A stretch of 64,000 nt of DNA from positions 1,248,001-1,312,000 of the forward strand of contig OY969763.1 of NCBI GenBank assembly GCA_963702845.1, read 5' to 3'. Within the stretch, counting starts at the first letter, position 1. Each line of letters starts with the position of its first letter. The notes under the pieces are model-generated. The model had not been told where the DNA came from, did not search any database, and worked only from the letters and a program-made list of their open reading frames with translations. Positions 32,764 to 41,942 of this stretch are shown in pieces. Source of the stretch: an uncultured Verrucomicrobiae bacterium (GTDB lineage: Bacteria; Verrucomicrobiota; Verrucomicrobiia; Limisphaerales; Palsa-1400). Made by a program: the position numbers and the translations under genes.

Positions 32764-35208
32764 ATGCGCGTCTGGAGAATCATCATTTGTATAACGCTGG
32801 TTACTTTAGGAATCGCAATCGGCGTTGTCCTCCATAGCTGGCTGCTTTCTCGCAAAGCCAGTCCGAAATCCAAAGCTCCCATTACGGCGTTTCTGTTTCA
32901 GGATGTCATCACCACAAACGAGCTGGTGGCCGAGTTCCAGAGTTTGCGCGGCGTGCAGCCGCCAGAATTTCGAAATGCTGCGGAAGTTTTGGTGAATCAC
33001 ATCACACCGGACGCTTTGCCGATGGCTGCTCGCATTGCTGTGACACAGTTTTCTGGCTCACAATCGAGCGTGCTGTTGAATTTGATTTTCCCGAAATGGG
33101 TAAACACCGATCCAGATGGGGCGCTTGACTTCGCGAGTCACCAGCCATTCGGCGAGTATCAACTCGGTCACCTTCTTGACGTTTGTGCAGAGCGTGACCC
33201 CAAAATAATCGAGCAATGGGCCAGCACTAATTCCGATTCGAAATTACAGTCGAAAGCCTTACGAAGCGCTGTCCAGGTGATACTTGAGAAAGACCCAGAG
33301 GCAGCCTGGCGCCTGAATGAAAAAAATCCATTGCACCACGACCGCGACTCACTCCGGCAGCACATAGTAATAAGCTGGGGGCGAAAGGATCCTCGTGCGG
33401 CAGTGGAACGCGTAGTCCAACTTACAAATTCTTCGGACGCGCAGATGTTGTTTCATACGGCATTCGGCGCCTGGGTACAATCAGACGGCGCAGCCGCCCT
33501 GAAATGGTTGGATAACGTGCCCGACAAGCGATGGCGTGATGGCGCGATTCAACAAGCCACATCGCTAATCATTCGCGAACCAGAATTGATTGCACCGTTG
33601 GTGGCAACGTTGCCTCACGGGGAAGACCGACAACGATCCATCGCAAACCTCGCCCGCGGTTGGGCTTCAAAGGATATTGATGCCGCTTGGAAATGGGCGC
33701 GCACGCTTCCTCCAGGTGACGCCGAGGTCGCATTGCAAAGTATCGGCAATCAAGCCATCGCTGCAGGTAATATTTCGGTTGCCGCAAAGATAGTTGAGCA
33801 AAATGCCAACGCAACATTCGCGCCACCGTTAGCTGGTTCAGTGGTTGGTCGGCTCGCCCAAACCGATGCCTCCGCTGCGGCTGACTGGATCGCCCACTTT
33901 CCAGCAGGACCGACGCGCAACCAGGCTTTGCCGATTGCTTTGAATGCGACCGCTCGAACAGATCCTGCCAAAGCAACCCATCTGTGTATCGATGACGTGC
34001 CGGTTGTTGACCGTCAATTTACCTTGCCCGCCTATGTTCGGGCCTGGGCTCAATCCGCTCCTAAAGCCGCTGCAGACTTCGTTGTTCACCTGCCGGCAAA
34101 CGGTGAAAGAGTGCAGTTGGTAAGGACTGTAGCAGCCGCGTGGTCGGAATCAGACACGACCGCCGCAGTACAATGGGCGATCTCGTTGCCAGCCTCAGAA
34201 AGGTATTCTGCACAATTGGCATTAGTGGATGCTCTGGCCAAAACCGACCTGTCGGCTGCGGCGCGGCTTCTGGAAGCAACACCATTCACTGGTGCAGTGA
34301 CGAATACCGCGAAGGCGATTTTCTCCGACTGGGCCAAGCAGGACTTCAGTGCTAACTCGCAATGGGCTGAAAAATTGCAGCCAGGGCAGCTACGTGATTG
34401 TGCCTTCTATGCTCTATCAAAGTGGCGTTTGGATTCTGGAGACGTGCCCGCTGCGCAGGCCCTAGCCGATCGCATCCAAAACAAAGAGACCGCTGGTTCA
34501 TTGCGGTTTGAAATTATTCGGAATTGGGTCGATCACGATGCCAGGGCCGCTGCGGAGTGGGTGGGTAAGCTGGGAGTATCCAACTTCAAATACGTTGAGT
34601 TACCCTCGGAGCACCGGGCAATCTTACGGCCTCAGAGTCAGTTTCGAAGTGCCCAAGGCCAGGATTCTCAGGCATACGTTCAACATCCCGATGCTTTGGA
34701 TTTGACGCTGGGCAAATGGGCAAGACAAGAACCTGCGCTCGCGGCTGAATTCGCCGCCACCAAACTTACTTCGTCAGATCAAAAGCGCGGCGAATCTATC
34801 GTGACACGAATTTGGATGCAGACCGATTATAAAGCTGTCACTGCCTGGATTGTGATTCGCACGCCGGTCACCCATCACGAGTTCCTGTTGAAGCAGGTTG
34901 CTTCATGGTTGAGTCACGATAATCCTGCCGCGTTGATGTCATGGGCGGATTCAGTTCCCCCGGATGCGGTGCGGGATAATGTTCTCTACTCCCTTGCGAT
35001 GGAAATGCGGTTTGAAAAAACAAGAACGGCGGGCCAGCTGGTGCTGGAAATTCTCGATGATGAACGCCGCATGACTTGCTTACGCAGTATCGCCAGCCAG
35101 TGGTCGCGCCAATCCCCGAGCGAGTTCAAGAATTGGATGAGAACAAATTCGCTCCCAGCGAGCACGAAATCCGATCTACTTCGAACAGTCGGGAATGCGG
35201 CTCGATAG
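32764..35208 (+). CDS. Large membrane-anchored helical-repeat protein
   Basis: N-terminal TM helix; many W-x-x-x-D-P/x-x-A-A-x-x-W repeats. Confidence 0.85.
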   Translation: MRVWRIIICITLVTLGIAIGVVLHSWLLSRKASPKSKAPITAFLFQDVITTNELVAEFQSLRGVQPPEFRNAAEVLVNHITPDALPMAARIAVTQFSGSQSSVLLNLIFPKWVNTDPDGALDFASHQPFGEYQLGHLLDVCAERDPKIIEQWASTNSDSKLQSKALRSAVQVILEKDPEAAWRLNEKNPLHHDRDSLRQHIVISWGRKDPRAAVERVVQLTNSSDAQMLFHTAFGAWVQSDGAAALKWLDNVPDKRWRDGAIQQATSLIIREPELIAPLVATLPHGEDRQRSIANLARGWASKDIDAAWKWARTLPPGDAEVALQSIGNQAIAAGNISVAAKIVEQNANATFAPPLAGSVVGRLAQTDASAAADWIAHFPAGPTRNQALPIALNATARTDPAKATHLCIDDVPVVDRQFTLPAYVRAWAQSAPKAAADFVVHLPANGERVQLVRTVAAAWSESDTTAAVQWAISLPASERYSAQLALVDALAKTDLSAAARLLEATPFTGAVTNTAKAIFSDWAKQDFSANSQWAEKLQPGQLRDCAFYALSKWRLDSGDVPAAQALADRIQNKETAGSLRFEIIRNWVDHDARAAAEWVGKLGVSNFKYVELPSEHRAILRPQSQFRSAQGQDSQAYVQHPDALDLTLGKWARQEPALAAEFAATKLTSSDQKRGESIVTRIWMQTDYKAVTAWIVIRTPVTHHEFLLKQVASWLSHDNPAALMSWADSVPPDAVRDNVLYSLAMEMRFEKTRTAGQLVLEILDDERRMTCLRSIASQWSRQSPSEFKNWMRTNSLPASTKSDLLRTVGNAAR

Positions 35209-35350
35209 CCAATCAGTCGTTAAAACCAGCGCCAACAGTTTGCTAGTGGCTGTCTCCGCCGAAGGAGGTAACTAGATTTGGCAACGATTAATCCTGACGG
35301 TTGTTGAATGGTTTCGCTTGGCTGGCGCAATAATAACCAAACAGTGGCTA

Positions 35351-35794
35351 TTACTGGCTGATTACCGCTTCCACCAACTGTGCCAACAAAGTCAATGACT
35401 CCTGCCACCCGAGATAACATGCCTCCGTCGGAATCATATCTGGAATGCCTTCCTGGACGACGTTTAGCTCCGTTCCGACCGATACCTTTTTGAAAGTGAT
35501 TGTTACTGTCATCTCGCCCGGCAGGTTCGCGTCGTCGAACTTGTCGGTGTAACGGATCTTTTCGTTTGGCACGAGTTCGAGGTAGGTGCCGCCGAAGGAA
35601 TGGCTTTGGCCGGTGGTGAAATTGGTAAAGGACATCCGGTGGGTTCCGCCGACGTTGGCGTCCATGTGGTGGACCTCGCCGGTAAATCCATTCGGGGGAA
35701 GCCATTTGGCCATGGCATCGGCATCCAAAAAGGCGCGGTAAATTCGTTCGGCGGGTGCGCGGAGAACACAGTGAAGTCGAATGGTGTTTGGCAT
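35351..35794 (-). CDS. SRPBCC/AHSA1-family protein
   Basis: APAERIYRAFLD, KWLPP, YLELVPNE and CYLGWQESL. Confidence 0.92.
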   Translation of the reverse strand: MPNTIRLHCVLRAPAERIYRAFLDADAMAKWLPPNGFTGEVHHMDANVGGTHRMSFTNFTTGQSHSFGGTYLELVPNEKIRYTDKFDDANLPGEMTVTITFKKVSVGTELNVVQEGIPDMIPTEACYLGWQESLTLLAQLVEAVISQ

Positions 35795-35942
35795 GTGGTT
35801 ACATTGCCTTGGTTTTCGATGGGTGAAAAGTCTGCTGTCAGTCATTGCGATTTGACCTGCGTGCCAGCAAGACGACAATCAACGGTTAGGGTTAGCCAGT
35901 TTTGGTTTAGTGGCAGGGCAACGAGGACCGTCCAATTTCGAA

Positions 35943-37481
35943 ATGAATTTACCGAAATTTATCGGCGGCCTGGTGCGTGTCGGACAGATCATAATCGCCA
36001 TTGGGCTGTGCGGCGTCGCGCGAGCGGAAGGCGCGGGATTGGAAGACTTGGCGCGACTCACGCCGGGGCGAACCCGCGCCGAAAATGCTCTGTGGATTGA
36101 GAATGATTTGAGCGCCCGTTTCAATTCATCCAAAAGCGTGGTGGTGGCGAATCTAAAAGGGCCCGCCGTTATCACGATGATTCATTTTGCATTGCCAGCG
36201 GTGCGGACACTCAATCGTGACGTGCTGGTGCGCATGTATTGGGATGGCGAAACTTCGCCGAGCGTGGACGTTCCGCTGGTCGATTTCTTCTGTGATCCGG
36301 CGGGGCTGCGCGATGTGGTGAACACGGAACTGATGAACAAGCGGCGCGGGTTTAATGCTTATTTTCCGATGCCGTTTCGGAAATCGGCCAAAATTGAATT
36401 GGTTTATGACGGAGCGGTCGAGCCGGGCGAGAAACTTTGGAAGATGATGCCGTGCTATAGCTACGTGAATTACCGCACGGCAAAAAACATCCCGTCGGAC
36501 ACCGGCTATTTCCACGCCACTTGGCGGCAGGAAGGTTTGTTAATGGGCAAACGCGATTACCTGGCGCTGGATGCGCATGGGAAGGGCAAATTTGTCGGCT
36601 GGAACGTGACGGTGCGCCGGCCATGGATGGACAGTTATCCGGTCGATGAAAACGAAAAGTTCTTTATCGACGGCGAGACGAACGCGTCGGTGGAGTATCA
36701 GGGGCTGGAAGATTCGTTCGGGTTTAGTTGGGGATTTCCGGAGAGCGATAATTTGTTTCCGTTGACCGGCTATTTCAAATTTATGAAAGGAGCGGCGGCT
36801 TATCGTTTCTTTACGCAGGATGCGATTAGTTTCGAAAAATCATTGCGGGTGATGATCGGGTTTGGCGAAAAAGAGAGTCCGTTTTTCAGACGGGAGTTTT
36901 CCCGCACGGGTTCGACGTTGCAGTTTTCAACCACGGCGTATTGGTATCAAATCGAACCGCACGCGCCCTTGCCAGAGATGCCCGCAGCCACCGAGCGCGA
37001 GCCGGCACCCGAGCAACCATTTTGGCCCGACAAGGAAACCCCGCCGTCAACAGTTGAACTGAAGAAGCGCGGCGTGAAGCTGGAGATGTTATGCGGACGG
37101 GCAGGGGAGGAAGTTGTTTTGGCGGATGACGGTTATGGTGCCACGGTTAAACATGGTTTCGTCTGGAATGGGTGGGGACTTCCAGTCTATCACGCGCGTG
37201 CGGACAAGAAGAAGGTGGAACTGGAGTTGTCCGTGCCGAAGAACGCGGCGGGACTAGTGCGCGTATATGTGATCGCCCCGGACGATTACGACGGCGGTCG
37301 CAAACAAACACTTGGGATTGCTGGTGAGGAGATACCGATGGAGCATTTCCAGGACGGCAAATGGATCGAACGGCGCATTGGCAGCGACCAAACCGCCAGT
37401 GGTAAAGTAAAAATCCGCGCGTCGAATTCACGAAAAGGTGGGAACGCGGTGATTTCAATAGTTGAGTGGGTGCAACGTTGA
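35943..37481 (+). CDS. DUF2961 / GH172-like glycoside hydrolase
   Basis: YWDGE..PSV.VPL.DFF, NAYFPMPF, GLEDSF and AYWYQ; signal peptide. Confidence 0.85.
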   Translation: MNLPKFIGGLVRVGQIIIAIGLCGVARAEGAGLEDLARLTPGRTRAENALWIENDLSARFNSSKSVVVANLKGPAVITMIHFALPAVRTLNRDVLVRMYWDGETSPSVDVPLVDFFCDPAGLRDVVNTELMNKRRGFNAYFPMPFRKSAKIELVYDGAVEPGEKLWKMMPCYSYVNYRTAKNIPSDTGYFHATWRQEGLLMGKRDYLALDAHGKGKFVGWNVTVRRPWMDSYPVDENEKFFIDGETNASVEYQGLEDSFGFSWGFPESDNLFPLTGYFKFMKGAAAYRFFTQDAISFEKSLRVMIGFGEKESPFFRREFSRTGSTLQFSTTAYWYQIEPHAPLPEMPAATEREPAPEQPFWPDKETPPSTVELKKRGVKLEMLCGRAGEEVVLADDGYGATVKHGFVWNGWGLPVYHARADKKKVELELSVPKNAAGLVRVYVIAPDDYDGGRKQTLGIAGEEIPMEHFQDGKWIERRIGSDQTASGKVKIRASNSRKGGNAVISIVEWVQR

Positions 37482-37557
37482 CCGGAATTTGGTCCTGCAT
37501 TACACAAGCACTTCTTGCTCGCGCTCGGGTGCGGTTGTGCTAGTATACTATTCAGCT

Positions 37558-37842
37558 ATGAGTTCCTCCTCTGTGGTCCGCCATTGGGTTGCGGGCGTGT
37601 TTATTTTCCTCGCGATCGCGATGGTCGTGCTCGGTCAGACGGTGTTTGCCAGCCGGTTAAAAGATTACGATTACGTGCTTTATTGGGGCGCGTGCATGAT
37701 TATGACCTTGCTTGCGGCGTTCGCGGCGTTGTTCGACATGGCGGTGATCCGACGACAATCCCGCCGTGAGCACCATCAGCTCGTCGAGGAGAGTTTCAAA
37801 AATGTCGATTCCGACTCGTTTTCGGGCGAGTCCGAAGCGTAG
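37558..37842 (+). CDS. Small two-TM hypothetical protein
   Basis: Two hydrophobic helices and a charged tail. Confidence 0.7.
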   Translation: MSSSSVVRHWVAGVFIFLAIAMVVLGQTVFASRLKDYDYVLYWGACMIMTLLAAFAALFDMAVIRRQSRREHHQLVEESFKNVDSDSFSGESEA

Positions 37843-37986
37843 TCGCCGATTCGAGTTTGGGCGTGATTTCCGCCATTCAACCGGCTTCTACTTGACACAT
37901 TTCAGAAAGTCTGATTGTAACCCTGACCGCTTCCTCAGTTTTCTTGATTGAACTTTGTCGGGGATTTTGCCATTGTGGCGGCTGCT

Positions 37987-38976
37987 ATGAATCAGGCCCA
38001 AGCCAAGTTGCTAGGACAACTCGGAGACGCGCAACGTAGGGCGTTGATAAGTCTTTTGGCTGACGATGACTCGTCGGTATATCAGGCTGTCCGGCAAAAA
38101 CTGCTTTCTTACGGGCCTGAAGTCGTGGAATGGGTTAAGCCTGAAACTCTTAGCGATAATCCGGTCCTCCGCCGCCGCGCTCTCGAAGTTCAAGATTTCT
38201 TTGGCAAACAAATCGCTGACGAACAATTTCTACGGTTTTGCCAGTCGCAGGGTGAAGAATTCGACATCGAACAGGGTGCTTTACTTCTGGCCCGCACGCA
38301 GTATCCCCGGATCAATCCAGCGGGTTACACCGCTCTGATGGACGATTTTGCGTCCGAACTGCGCGAGCGCCTCGATCTGAACGGTCCGGCTGAATACATC
38401 CTGCACGTGGTCAATGACTACTTGTTTGATGAGCTGAAGTTTGGCGGGAACGAGAAGGATTATTACGATCCAGAGAATAGTTACTTGAACCGTGTCCTGG
38501 ATCGTCGCACCGGTAACCCAATTAGCATTTGTTTGACTTACTTGCTCATCACCAAGCGGTTGCGCCTGCCAATGGCTGGCATCGGTTTACCGGGACATTT
38601 CCTCTGCCGATATCAAAACAGCCGTTACGAGATTTACGTCGACGCTTTTAATAAAGGCAAGTCATTGACCCGGGCAGATTGCATCAAATACTTGATGAAA
38701 ATCCGCCATCGCCTGGACGAAAGCTATCTCGCGCCTGTGACGCCGCGGCGGATTTTGCTGCGCATGTGCGCGAACCTGCACCAGATTTACACGCAAACGA
38801 AGGCAGCCGCAGAAACAGAACGTCTCCAAAAGTATCTGGTCGCCTTGGCGAATAAGAACCTGCAACTGGCTCGCTTCCGCCGGTTAAGGCGCAGGCTGAG
38901 GCAGGTTGCAAACCTGCGATACGGCAGGTTAAGAATCTCGGCTGGATTTCGTCCTCGGGGCAGCCAACGCCACTGA
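37987..38976 (+). CDS. SirB1/transglutaminase-like protein with extended C-terminus
   Basis: YYDPENSYLNRVLDRRTGNPI, GLPGHF and ILLRMCANL. Confidence 0.88.
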   Translation: MNQAQAKLLGQLGDAQRRALISLLADDDSSVYQAVRQKLLSYGPEVVEWVKPETLSDNPVLRRRALEVQDFFGKQIADEQFLRFCQSQGEEFDIEQGALLLARTQYPRINPAGYTALMDDFASELRERLDLNGPAEYILHVVNDYLFDELKFGGNEKDYYDPENSYLNRVLDRRTGNPISICLTYLLITKRLRLPMAGIGLPGHFLCRYQNSRYEIYVDAFNKGKSLTRADCIKYLMKIRHRLDESYLAPVTPRRILLRMCANLHQIYTQTKAAAETERLQKYLVALANKNLQLARFRRLRRRLRQVANLRYGRLRISAGFRPRGSQRH

Positions 38977-40079
38977 TACCGCGCCACCGCGACGTCTACA
39001 CGCGCTAAAATCCAGTAGGCAAACCGCGCTTTTACCCGTTCCCAAATCGTTCGCGACTTTCGCCACGTCCTCCACTCGATCCGTTTGCAGTACGGCAACT
39101 TCGCGTTGAAAATTTCGCGTCCTTTCGCCGCCAGATCGGGGTTCGGCAAGCGCAAGAGCAGTTCGTAATTAATGTGAAAACTGCGGGCGTCGAGATTAGC
39201 TGAGCCCACGTAAACCAGGTCGTCAATCAGCATCAGTTTCGCGTGCAGGATTTGCGGCTGGTATTCGTAAATTTCCACTCCTGCGGCCAGCAATCGAGTG
39301 TAAAAGCTGCGGGCAGCCATTAGCGAGAGCGGCACATCTGTTTTGGACGGCAGAATTATTTGCACTTTCGCACCGTGTCGGGCCAACCGCGTGAGTGATC
39401 TGCGCAAACGCCATGTCGGCAGGAAATAGGCGCAGATAATTTGGACCTGTTTCGGGTTCTTCAGGTCTACGCGGAGCGATTTTTTTACGGGATTATTGCG
39501 GCCGGGTCCGCTCAGTAGCAATCGGCCCTCGGGCAAGCGAATCATCTTGGATCGTCGCGAGCGCCTGAGCGTTCGGAAGGGCCTGAAGTGGAACTCGGAA
39601 TGGGCAAACAACTCATCGAAGGCCGTCGCTAGTGCATGAGCCAAACGACCTTCAAGGCGAATGCCAATGTCGCACCAACCACAATTGATGCCGTCGCCTT
39701 CGTATTCGTGGCCGACATTGAAGCCACCGACAAAGGCCACTTTTTCGTCGCAGACCACCATTTTGCGATGATCGCGGAAACCGAGGCGATTCAGTTTCAG
39801 CGGGTTAAACAAACGAACGTCACCGCCAGCCGCGCGTAGCGTGTCCCAAAAATCATCCGGCAATGCCATCGAGCCCAGTGCATCGATCATTACGCGGACA
39901 TGCACCTTGCGTTGTGTTGCGTCGATGAAGGCCTGCCGAAACTTTTCCGCTGTGGCGCTTTCGTGGAAGATATACATTTCCATCCGCACCGTTTCGCGCG
40001 CGGCCTCGATGGATGAAAGCATCTGGAGGACGGCTTCGGCACCTGTCTCCAACCATTCAAATTTCGGGTCTTGGGCCAT
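38787..40079 (-). CDS. Phospholipase D-family cardiolipin synthase (ClsB-like)
   Basis: Two HKD motifs (HRKMVVCD, HAKLMLID) and GSANLD. Confidence 0.9.
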   Translation of the reverse strand: MAQDPKFEWLETGAEAVLQMLSSIEAARETVRMEMYIFHESATAEKFRQAFIDATQRKVHVRVMIDALGSMALPDDFWDTLRAAGGDVRLFNPLKLNRLGFRDHRKMVVCDEKVAFVGGFNVGHEYEGDGINCGWCDIGIRLEGRLAHALATAFDELFAHSEFHFRPFRTLRRSRRSKMIRLPEGRLLLSGPGRNNPVKKSLRVDLKNPKQVQIICAYFLPTWRLRRSLTRLARHGAKVQIILPSKTDVPLSLMAARSFYTRLLAAGVEIYEYQPQILHAKLMLIDDLVYVGSANLDARSFHINYELLLRLPNPDLAAKGREIFNAKLPYCKRIEWRTWRKSRTIWERVKARFAYWILARVDVAVARYQWRWLPRGRNPAEILNLPYRRFATCLSLRLNRRKRASCRFLFAKATRYFWRRSVSAAAFVCV

Positions 40080-40177
40080 CGGGTGACACAAGATGAAACG
40101 GCTGAGGGCGAGATGCAACAGGGTTTGTGCTGATACAAAAATATTGCGCAACGCCGTGCCTCTCTTAAGTTGCACGG

Positions 40178-41092
40178 ATGAAATTTACTCACGCTTTTGT
40201 AATTTTCGGGCTAAGCACGATGTTTGTTCTGGCGGAAAACCCGCCGGCGCAGCAGCCAAAGATTCCGCTGTTGCAAACACAGCCTTCCATTAGCGCTAAC
40301 ACCGCTCCCAGCGAACCTCTCGACAAGAAGAAGACCGGCTATGCGCTCGGGTTAATGCAGGGCAACGACATGAAGCGCCGCGATCTGAACGTTGATTATC
40401 CAAGCATGCTCGAAGGCATGAGCGATGCGCTGAACGATAAAACGCCTAAAATGACGGAGACCGAAGCGCGCGATCTTTTGACCAAATGGCAAATGGAACG
40501 GCGCAATGCGATGATGGAAAAGCGCAAGCAAGAGGACGAAAAACGCAAAGCCGACGCGCCCAAGAATAAAGCCGCCGGTGAAGAATTTCTCGGCAAGAAA
40601 GCTAAAGAACCCGGCGTGGTTAAACTGGACGACGGTTTGGAATACAAGGTGATCAAAGAAGGCACCGGCGCGACGCCGAAACCCGGTGACACCGTCAGCA
40701 CGCTTTACAAAGGAACATTCACAAACGGGAAAGAATTCGACAGCACCGCCAATCGCGGCAATCAGCCGTTTAAGTTTGTTGTCGGCCAGGGACAAGTCAT
40801 TAAAGGTTGGGACGAAGCCGTGCAGAAAATGAAAGTTGGTTCGAAGTTGGAAATTTATGTTCCGTCGGATTTGGCGTACGGCGAAGGCGGTCGCGGCCAG
40901 ATTGGGCCCGCTGAAACATTGGTGTTCGAACTCGAATTGCTCGACGTCACACCGGCACAACAGCCCGCTGCAAACGCGGGCGGTGCCGGTAGCCAGGTCG
41001 TTAGCGGTGAGATCATCAAAGTGCCTTCAGCGGAAGAGTTGAAGAAGGGCGCGAAGATCGAAGTGATTCACCCGGATCAGCAGAAAAAGTAG
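40178..41092 (+). CDS. FKBP-type peptidyl-prolyl isomerase (FkpA/Mip-like)
   Basis: N-terminal dimerisation domain, YKGTF.NGKEFDS, VIKGWDE and LAYG. Confidence 0.95.
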   Translation: MKFTHAFVIFGLSTMFVLAENPPAQQPKIPLLQTQPSISANTAPSEPLDKKKTGYALGLMQGNDMKRRDLNVDYPSMLEGMSDALNDKTPKMTETEARDLLTKWQMERRNAMMEKRKQEDEKRKADAPKNKAAGEEFLGKKAKEPGVVKLDDGLEYKVIKEGTGATPKPGDTVSTLYKGTFTNGKEFDSTANRGNQPFKFVVGQGQVIKGWDEAVQKMKVGSKLEIYVPSDLAYGEGGRGQIGPAETLVFELELLDVTPAQQPAANAGGAGSQVVSGEIIKVPSAEELKKGAKIEVIHPDQQKK

Positions 41093-41111
41093 TTGATTGC
41101 GAGAAAGGGGG

Positions 41112-41140
41112 TTGACAATGTGGTCACGCGTGACTACATT
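41112..41140 (+). promoter_or_regulatory. TA operon promoter with overlapping palindromic operator
   Basis: TTGACA (41112-41117), 17 bp, TACATT (41135-41140). The 24-bp palindrome AATGTGGTCACG/CGTGACTACATT (one mismatch) spans 41117-41140. Confidence 0.8.
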
Positions 41141-41146
41141 GAGTTT

Positions 41147-41476
41147 ATGAAAACGAAACAATCGGCGAAATACAAGATTTCGGAGCCGGTATCTCTTGAA
41201 TTGAGAGAGGTCGCGACTATGCCGGAGATTGGGCTGGTTATCCCTCTTCGCGCAGCTAAGGCAAAGCTATCAGCATTGCTGGAACTCGTCGCGTCGGGAC
41301 AAAGAGTGACTATCACCAGCGCTGGGGTACCAAAGGTGGTGCTCTCTCCGGCATCTGCGGACGCCGGGCGCAAGCCTTTCACCGGCATGGGAGATTTTCT
41401 CCTCTCACAGCGTGTGCATGGCGGACCTTCCGCAGAAGAATTGGTTCGTGAAGATCGCGATTCTCGCGGTTGGTGA
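41147..41476 (+). CDS. Phd/YefM-family antitoxin
   Basis: AKAKLSALLELVASGQRVTIT..G.P motif; directly upstream of a PIN toxin. Confidence 0.88.
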   Translation: MKTKQSAKYKISEPVSLELREVATMPEIGLVIPLRAAKAKLSALLELVASGQRVTITSAGVPKVVLSPASADAGRKPFTGMGDFLLSQRVHGGPSAEELVREDRDSRGW

Positions 41477-41934
41477 TCATGTATCTGGACACCGCGATTA
41501 TCGTAAAACTATTAGTGCGCGAACCGGACAGTGATTGGTTCAACACAGCGCTCCTCGGCCAACATTTCGAAACATCGGAACTGGCTTTGGCCGAGGTGCG
41601 TTCAGCGTTGCTCGCGAAAGAACGTGGCGGCGCAATTAATTCAGTCGAACGCATTCGCGCAAGCGAACGGTTCATTGCGTTGATTGAAGATGAGTTGTTG
41701 CGGGTATTGCCGCTCAATGGCCAAACAGTCGAACGCGCCATCGCGATTCAGCAAGCTTGCCACCCCCGAGTGCCGCTGCGAACTCTTGACGCGCTGCATA
41801 TTGCAACTTGTGATTTGCACCGCAGCGCAACGCTTGCGACGACCGATGGTCGCATGCGCGACGCTTGCCGCCAATTGGCGATCGATATTTTTCCCGCCAA
41901 TGTCGAAGATATCGCGCTGACTCGCAGTCGGTAA
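41470..41934 (+). CDS. vapC: PIN-domain toxin VapC
   Basis: YLDTA, LAEV, TLDALHIA and TTD acidic residues. Confidence 0.9.
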   Translation: MVIMYLDTAIIVKLLVREPDSDWFNTALLGQHFETSELALAEVRSALLAKERGGAINSVERIRASERFIALIEDELLRVLPLNGQTVERAIAIQQACHPRVPLRTLDALHIATCDLHRSATLATTDGRMRDACRQLAIDIFPANVEDIALTRSR

Positions 41935-41942
41935 TTCGACGG

